A model generated the notes under the pieces. The model saw nothing but the letters and a program-made list of their open reading frames with translations, ran no database searches and was not told where the DNA came from. The translations under genes were made by a program, and so were the position numbers. A stretch of 42,605 bases of DNA from Vicugna vicugna (taxonomy: Eukaryota), in the NCBI GenBank assembly GCA_013265495.1, contig MU058134.1, positions 124,001-166,605 on the forward strand, read 5' to 3'. This document shows, one piece after another, positions 37,578 to 42,605 of this stretch (position 1 is the first letter of the stretch; each line of letters begins with the position of its first letter).

Positions 37578-37876
37578 CAGGGGTTGGTGAGTGTTCTGTA
37601 AAGGGCCAGCTAACAAGGATTTGGAACTTTGTGGGAGTGGGACCGAGTGTAGACAGTATGTAAATGAATGGATGTTTCTGCCAATGAAACCTTGGTTTTG
37701 GACATTGATATTTGATTTTCATATGATTTTCACATGCTATGAATATCTTATTCCTCTTTTGACTTTTTTTTTCCCCCAACCATTTGGAAAGTAAACAATG
37801 TGGCTCGATTGTGGGCTGTCCAAAAACAGGTGTCAGGCTGGTCTGGGCTCCAACGGCCTTAGCTTGCCAAACCCTG
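37578..37876. mobile_element. MER58B-like hAT-Charlie DNA transposon
   Basis: Imperfect terminal inverted repeats caggggttgg..ccaaaccctg. Internal tctgtaaagggccag and ttcttttga..ttttcccccaaccattt-like motifs. Confidence 0.8.
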
Positions 37877-38877
37877 GATGACACACAGTCCCTGCTTTAA
37901 GATTGTTATGGGTGATTCTAGAGAGGTAAACAGATAGGTCAGTCACGTCACTACCCATGCAGTAAGAGCTGTAGTCATGGGAGAGAGACCACACAGTAGG
38001 CCGGGGCTGTGTTTTGCTCTTGGACATAAGTTAATTTTTAATGCTAATTCTTCAAAATTTGCAACCGTTCCTACACTTGGTGAATTAAATGGAGATTAAA
38101 AACCAAGAATCAAGGAATGTAAAATCTTGTTTTGCTGAAAACTAGGTATTTTTTTAAGTCCCCATCATGGTGAATTTTTAGCAAAAGATCAGAAACATAT
38201 TTTGTTGCTTTGGGGCAGGTGGAGTAAGTAGAGATAGTCCTTCACCAAGACCATAGGTTATTTTTTCTTACAAGGTGTTGTGTTTCCTACTAGCAGAGCC
38301 CAGATTTCTGTTTTGGGGGAAAGGATTTTGTATTACATTTTTTGGAATGCTTTTTGTAAATACCCAATCGCTAGTACTCAAGTCCAGTCCCAGTAGCCTG
38401 CCCTCCTTATGCAGACCAATGGGGACAGGACACTGGGTCCAGCTTCAAAGGGGCAGGGGCTGGGAAAGGAGGTGTCAGCTCTGGCCCTGGGGCTAGGAGG
38501 CTTGGCCCTGAGAACTGAGGCAGAGACAGAGTCTGAAGCTGAAGCTGAAACACTGAGGCATAAATTTCATCCCAGTCGGGGTCATTGCCAGGGAAAGGAC
38601 TGAAACGCCCCCTGGAAGCTACAGGCAGGTCTATTTTGGTCCCCACTGAATCCTCGGCACCTGGCCCCATGCTTGGTACTCAGTGCAGTTCAGCTGGAAA
38701 GCAGAGACGTCACATCAGGTCTGCAGCCCTGGGTTATGGTGGCTCATCCTCACTTGGTCTCTGAACATTTACTGAATGCTGCTACGTGCCACAGACTGTC
38801 AGGGACACTGGGGGTACTGATGAGAAGTCCTCACAGAGGATCTTCTAGGGCAGAGGACAAACAAGAAACACAAGATG

Positions 38878-39347
38878 TTTATTTATTTTATTGAATTACA
38901 GTTGGCTTACAGTGTTGTGTTAACTTCTGGTGTACAATATAGTGGTTCAGTTATACATACATATAATTCCTTTCCAAATTCCTTTTCATTACAGGGTATT
39001 AGAAGGTATTGAATATAGTTCCCTGTGGTATAAAGTAGGACCTTATTTATCTTTTTTTGTGTGTTTTTTTAATTGAAGTCTAGTCAGTTTACATTGTTGT
39101 GTCAATTTCTGGTGTACAGCATCATGTGTCAGTCATACATAGACACACATACATTCCTTTTCATATTCTTTTTCATTATAGGTTACTACAAGATATTGAG
39201 TACAGTTCCCTGTGCTGTACAGTATAAACTTGTTCTTTATCTATTTTATATATAGTACTTCATATCTGTGAATCTTGAACTCCTAATTTATCCTTCCACC
39301 CACCTTGTAATCGCCCGGAAACCACAAGTGTGTTTTCTGTGTCTGTG
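38878..39347 (-). mobile_element. Two tandem L1 3' ends inside one 8-bp target-site duplication
   Basis: L1 tails begin at ~38878 and ~39052. The flanking direct repeat acaagatg lies at 38870-38877 and 39348-39355, within L2-like sequence. Confidence 0.8.
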
Positions 39348-42291
39348 ACAAGATGCAAATTTAAATACCGTGCTTGGCGAAGAGAGCAAGGGAAAAACTG
39401 AAGCCAACTAGAGGGGAAGATGCGATTTGGGGAAGGAGTGTTTATTTTGCAAAAATCCCTGCAAAAATCCTTTTGTATCTGCACACATGAGCAGCAATCT
39501 GGAGGAAGTGAGGGAGAGAATGTAGCTACGTGGGAAGGACTTTGAAGGTGGAGCCACCAGAATCTGCTAATGGGTTGAAACTCGGAAGTGAGAGAAGGCA
39601 AGATGTCAAGAATGACTCTGAGCATAGAGAGATGACAGCACCTCCTGGGGTGGAGACCCAGCATTCACCATCTAGGCATTTCCTTACCACCTGGGAGAGC
39701 ATCCCTGCAACGTGACATTGGGTTATGTAGACCTGCTCACACACAGCTGTAAGATGAGCTCACTGTCTTCCCTCTCCCTCCTCAAAGTCATCAAATCTAA
39801 AACACATCCAGGGAAGAGGTGAGCACATGACAAAGTTGAGTACAAAAGAAACAGATCTTCGTGTGAGTGTTGTGAATTAAATGGAACCAAGACCAGCTTA
39901 CTGCAGCGGGCAGAGGACCAGCTGTGCTCACACAGCTGGCCGGACCCTGCAGATCTGAGGGCAGCGACTTCGCTCCACAGAGATGCTCCCTGTAGTGAAA
40001 CAAGTTATGAGAAAGGGCCATCAGAACTCCTCTGCCCTGCTGCCAGGAACATACTCTGGAAAATGTGCTGTTATTAGAAGGTGGTATTTCTGACCTTCAG
40101 AAGAACATTCTCCGTAGTCTTTGCATCAGGAGTAACAGCCCCCCCAGCCCACTTCCTCGCTTTTAACCCGCGCATACCTGGACCGCGTGGACTGACCAGG
40201 TCCTTCTCGTCCTGCTGGGTCATGAGAACAGTTGTGGCCTCCAGTCAGAGTCTTCAGGTCTCTGAAGGGTGTGATTTGGCATTAGACTCTTATTGGTTCC
40301 ACTTCATGTCTTCAATTCCTCTTGATTTTTTCTCACTTACTTCCAATGTAGGTCATTTTTCTGTTTTCTATGAATATGTGTATCATTTTCAATGATTCCT
40401 AAAAACAAAAACCAAGGATGAAATGGACACCACGCTGTTGCTTGTGGCCTCCGAGTTCTCTTGGGCTGCTGTCCAGAGTGCGTTTCCCCGGGGGAAGCCA
40501 CAACCTGTGACGGGACCTCTGACCTCTTTGCTCACTAGTTATGATGGAAACTTTTGGGAAGTAACTGAGATTTCAGTGAAGCTGCTGGTTAGGCAGGAGT
40601 TTATTTCCCATAGATAAATCCGGCCGCAGTCTGCCTCATTTTCTGCGAGGAGTTTCCCGCTCTAAAGTGTTTTATGGCGTGACCTTATGGAAGCCAGTGC
40701 AGAAATCTCAATCTGGGAAATTGTTTCCTGATTTCGTATAATTTTAAATGGTTTTCAGTGCCCCAACTTTAGTGGTCCACAAATCAGAGGCCCATCCCTC
40801 AGACCAACTGCTCTCCCTCAATCAGATAAAAATGATGAATTTGACGATACTTGGCCACTTATTAGCTGAGAATGTGGTCCTGAAAAAGGATTTGTCTTGA
40901 ACTTCCCCCAAGTTATCTCCTCCCCACCTCAACCCCACAGTTCTGTTCCTTGGCCAATCTCTGGCTAATTTTATGTGACATTTCCCTCCCAGTTCTTCAA
41001 GGCCTGAACATACTCTGTTGTCCTTTTCATGTCCAGGGTAGTGCTGGACGGTTCTGGGAGGCATTTGCATTGGTTTTAAGACAGGGCATGAGAAGGCCCT
41101 GTGCTTTGGAGCAGGGTATGTGTTCTGTGGTTTTGAGAGGTGGAGGGCCACCTCCAAGCATGTCTGAGTCCCTAGGGTGGGCGGGGAGGGAGCCGTGTGC
41201 CGCTGGCCCCAGAGTTCCCAGGGTGTTGGGCCAGGGGCTCTGTGTCCTGGCTGGACCATTTCTTCCCAATCATCTGTCCAGTCTGGAGACACTGTATGCT
41301 TGCTTTCAGGTGTCAGTGTGGATCAAAGCCACCCAAAGGATATTTGCATGAGAATCTGTGGAATAATTCATTAGCAATGGTCATTATAATTTTCCTTTTA
41401 AGGCTTTGAAATGTCTTTCGCTGATAAACTAGTTCTGTTAAGCCTTGACGCCTTTTCACATCGGTTTCACCCAGTCCTCCCTCTGTGACTACAAATTGGA
41501 TTCCCCACCTCCTTCCATCTACACCTCTCCTGTTACTTGGGCTGGGCAGTGTGGTTGAAAGGACAGCCTTCTGAGGGGGACAGCCGTCAGCAGCCTGTGC
41601 CTTTTTGCCAGACGGTATTTTATAGCAGGAGATCTTCCACCCTCTTTCATGGGCTGTCTGCTTTTTGAAATTCCTATGGTGGTTCTTTTCACCCCAGTTC
41701 TAGTTCTCTCTCAGTTCCAACGACGCTGTTCTCTCCTTACAAACAGAACACGATCTCACACTGGGCAATTCTCACGTGCCTTTTCCTGATCGTCCAAAAC
41801 GCCTTCGGGGATGCTCTCATAAAGGGCGCAGGGAAAGTGCGGTAGCAGACAGATCATGTGCATGTGCTGAGGCTGCCATTTAGCACCCAGGAGACACTCT
41901 GCAGCCCTGGGTCCTCTGGAGGATGTCACATATCTCCATGAGGGGGCAGTGGTGGGTCCCCTGGGCAGCTGTCATGGGCCGCAGAGTAAACTTACACTGA
42001 CCGACCCTTTGCCAAAAATAAAGCCTGTCATCATACTAGAGAGGTATGTGGAATGGAACCATATGTGGTTACGAAAAACAAATGAAGATATGTTAATTTT
42101 GCAAATTTTATATGTGAACCCATTGCAGAGATGTCGTCTTCCAGGGCCTTGGAGGGGACTTATATGGAGTGAGGAGCCCTGAGATTTCAAGTTAGTGAGT
42201 GTCCTGGGAATCCAGCTCAGTGCCAAGGGAAAGGGCTCAGCCACTTTCTGCCCAGCTGCCCCCAGAAGGTGTATTTTGCATTGGCTGGTAC

Positions 42292-42456
42292 TTCCTATGA
42301 TCCAGCAATCCCACTGCTGGGCACCTATCTGGAAAAAACTGTAATTTGAAAAGATACATGCACCCCAGTGTTCACAGCAGCACTATTTAGAATAGCTGAA
42401 ACATGGAAGCAGCCTAAGTGTCCATCAACAGATGACTGGGTTAAGAAGTTGTAATA
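42292..42456 (+). mobile_element. L1 ORF2 C-terminal fragment
   Basis: tatgatccagcaatcccactgctgggca..tgcaccccagtgttcacagcagcactattt..catggaagcagcctaagtgtccatc ([27 protein letters not shown]). Confidence 0.92.
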
Positions 42457-42605
42457 TGTGTGTGTGTGTATATATATATATATATACATATGTATATACA
42501 TATATGTATATATGTATATATATACATATGTATATACATATATACATATATGTATATACATACATATGTGTATATATATATATATATATACACATACACA
42601 CACAC
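42457..42605. repeat. Compound (TG)/(TA)/(CATATA)/(CA) microsatellite
   Basis: Directly visible; runs to the window end. Confidence 0.95.

Noticed and set aside
1..42605. CRISPR arrays, operons or prokaryotic defence systems
   Set aside because: The sequence is mammalian (OR genes, L1/L2/MIR/MaLR), and no repeat-spacer array is seen.

Overview
Mammalian genomic DNA, probably camelid, judging from two Vic-1-like tRNA-derived SINEs and the L1 3' ends. No intact protein-coding gene is visible. The window has two compartments. Positions 1 to ~25.4 kb are AT-rich olfactory receptor cluster DNA with three disrupted OR4C-subfamily pseudogenes: OR4C11-like (+), OR4C15-like (-) and a 5'-truncated OR4C6-like (-). 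At ~25.41 kb the sequence switches abruptly to a ~560-bp CpG island holding a (GGC)n tract, a 43-N gap and a damaged first coding exon of Refilin A (RFLNA/FAM101A). That exon has its start ATG changed to ACG and carries three indels. Its 3' end runs straight into the 3' part of a MER20 transposon through a short shared sequence. The remaining ~16.5 kb is more GC/CpG-rich non-coding DNA with ordinary repeats and no recognisable further RFLNA exon. The most notable signal is this cluster of apparent breakpoints (~23.64, ~25.41 and ~25.97 kb), which joins loci on different human chromosomes; assembly error beside the gap cannot be excluded. I see no evidence of a new biological system beyond this possible rearrangement. 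Gene and repeat family names come from recalled sequences, not from a search, and repeat boundaries are approximate.
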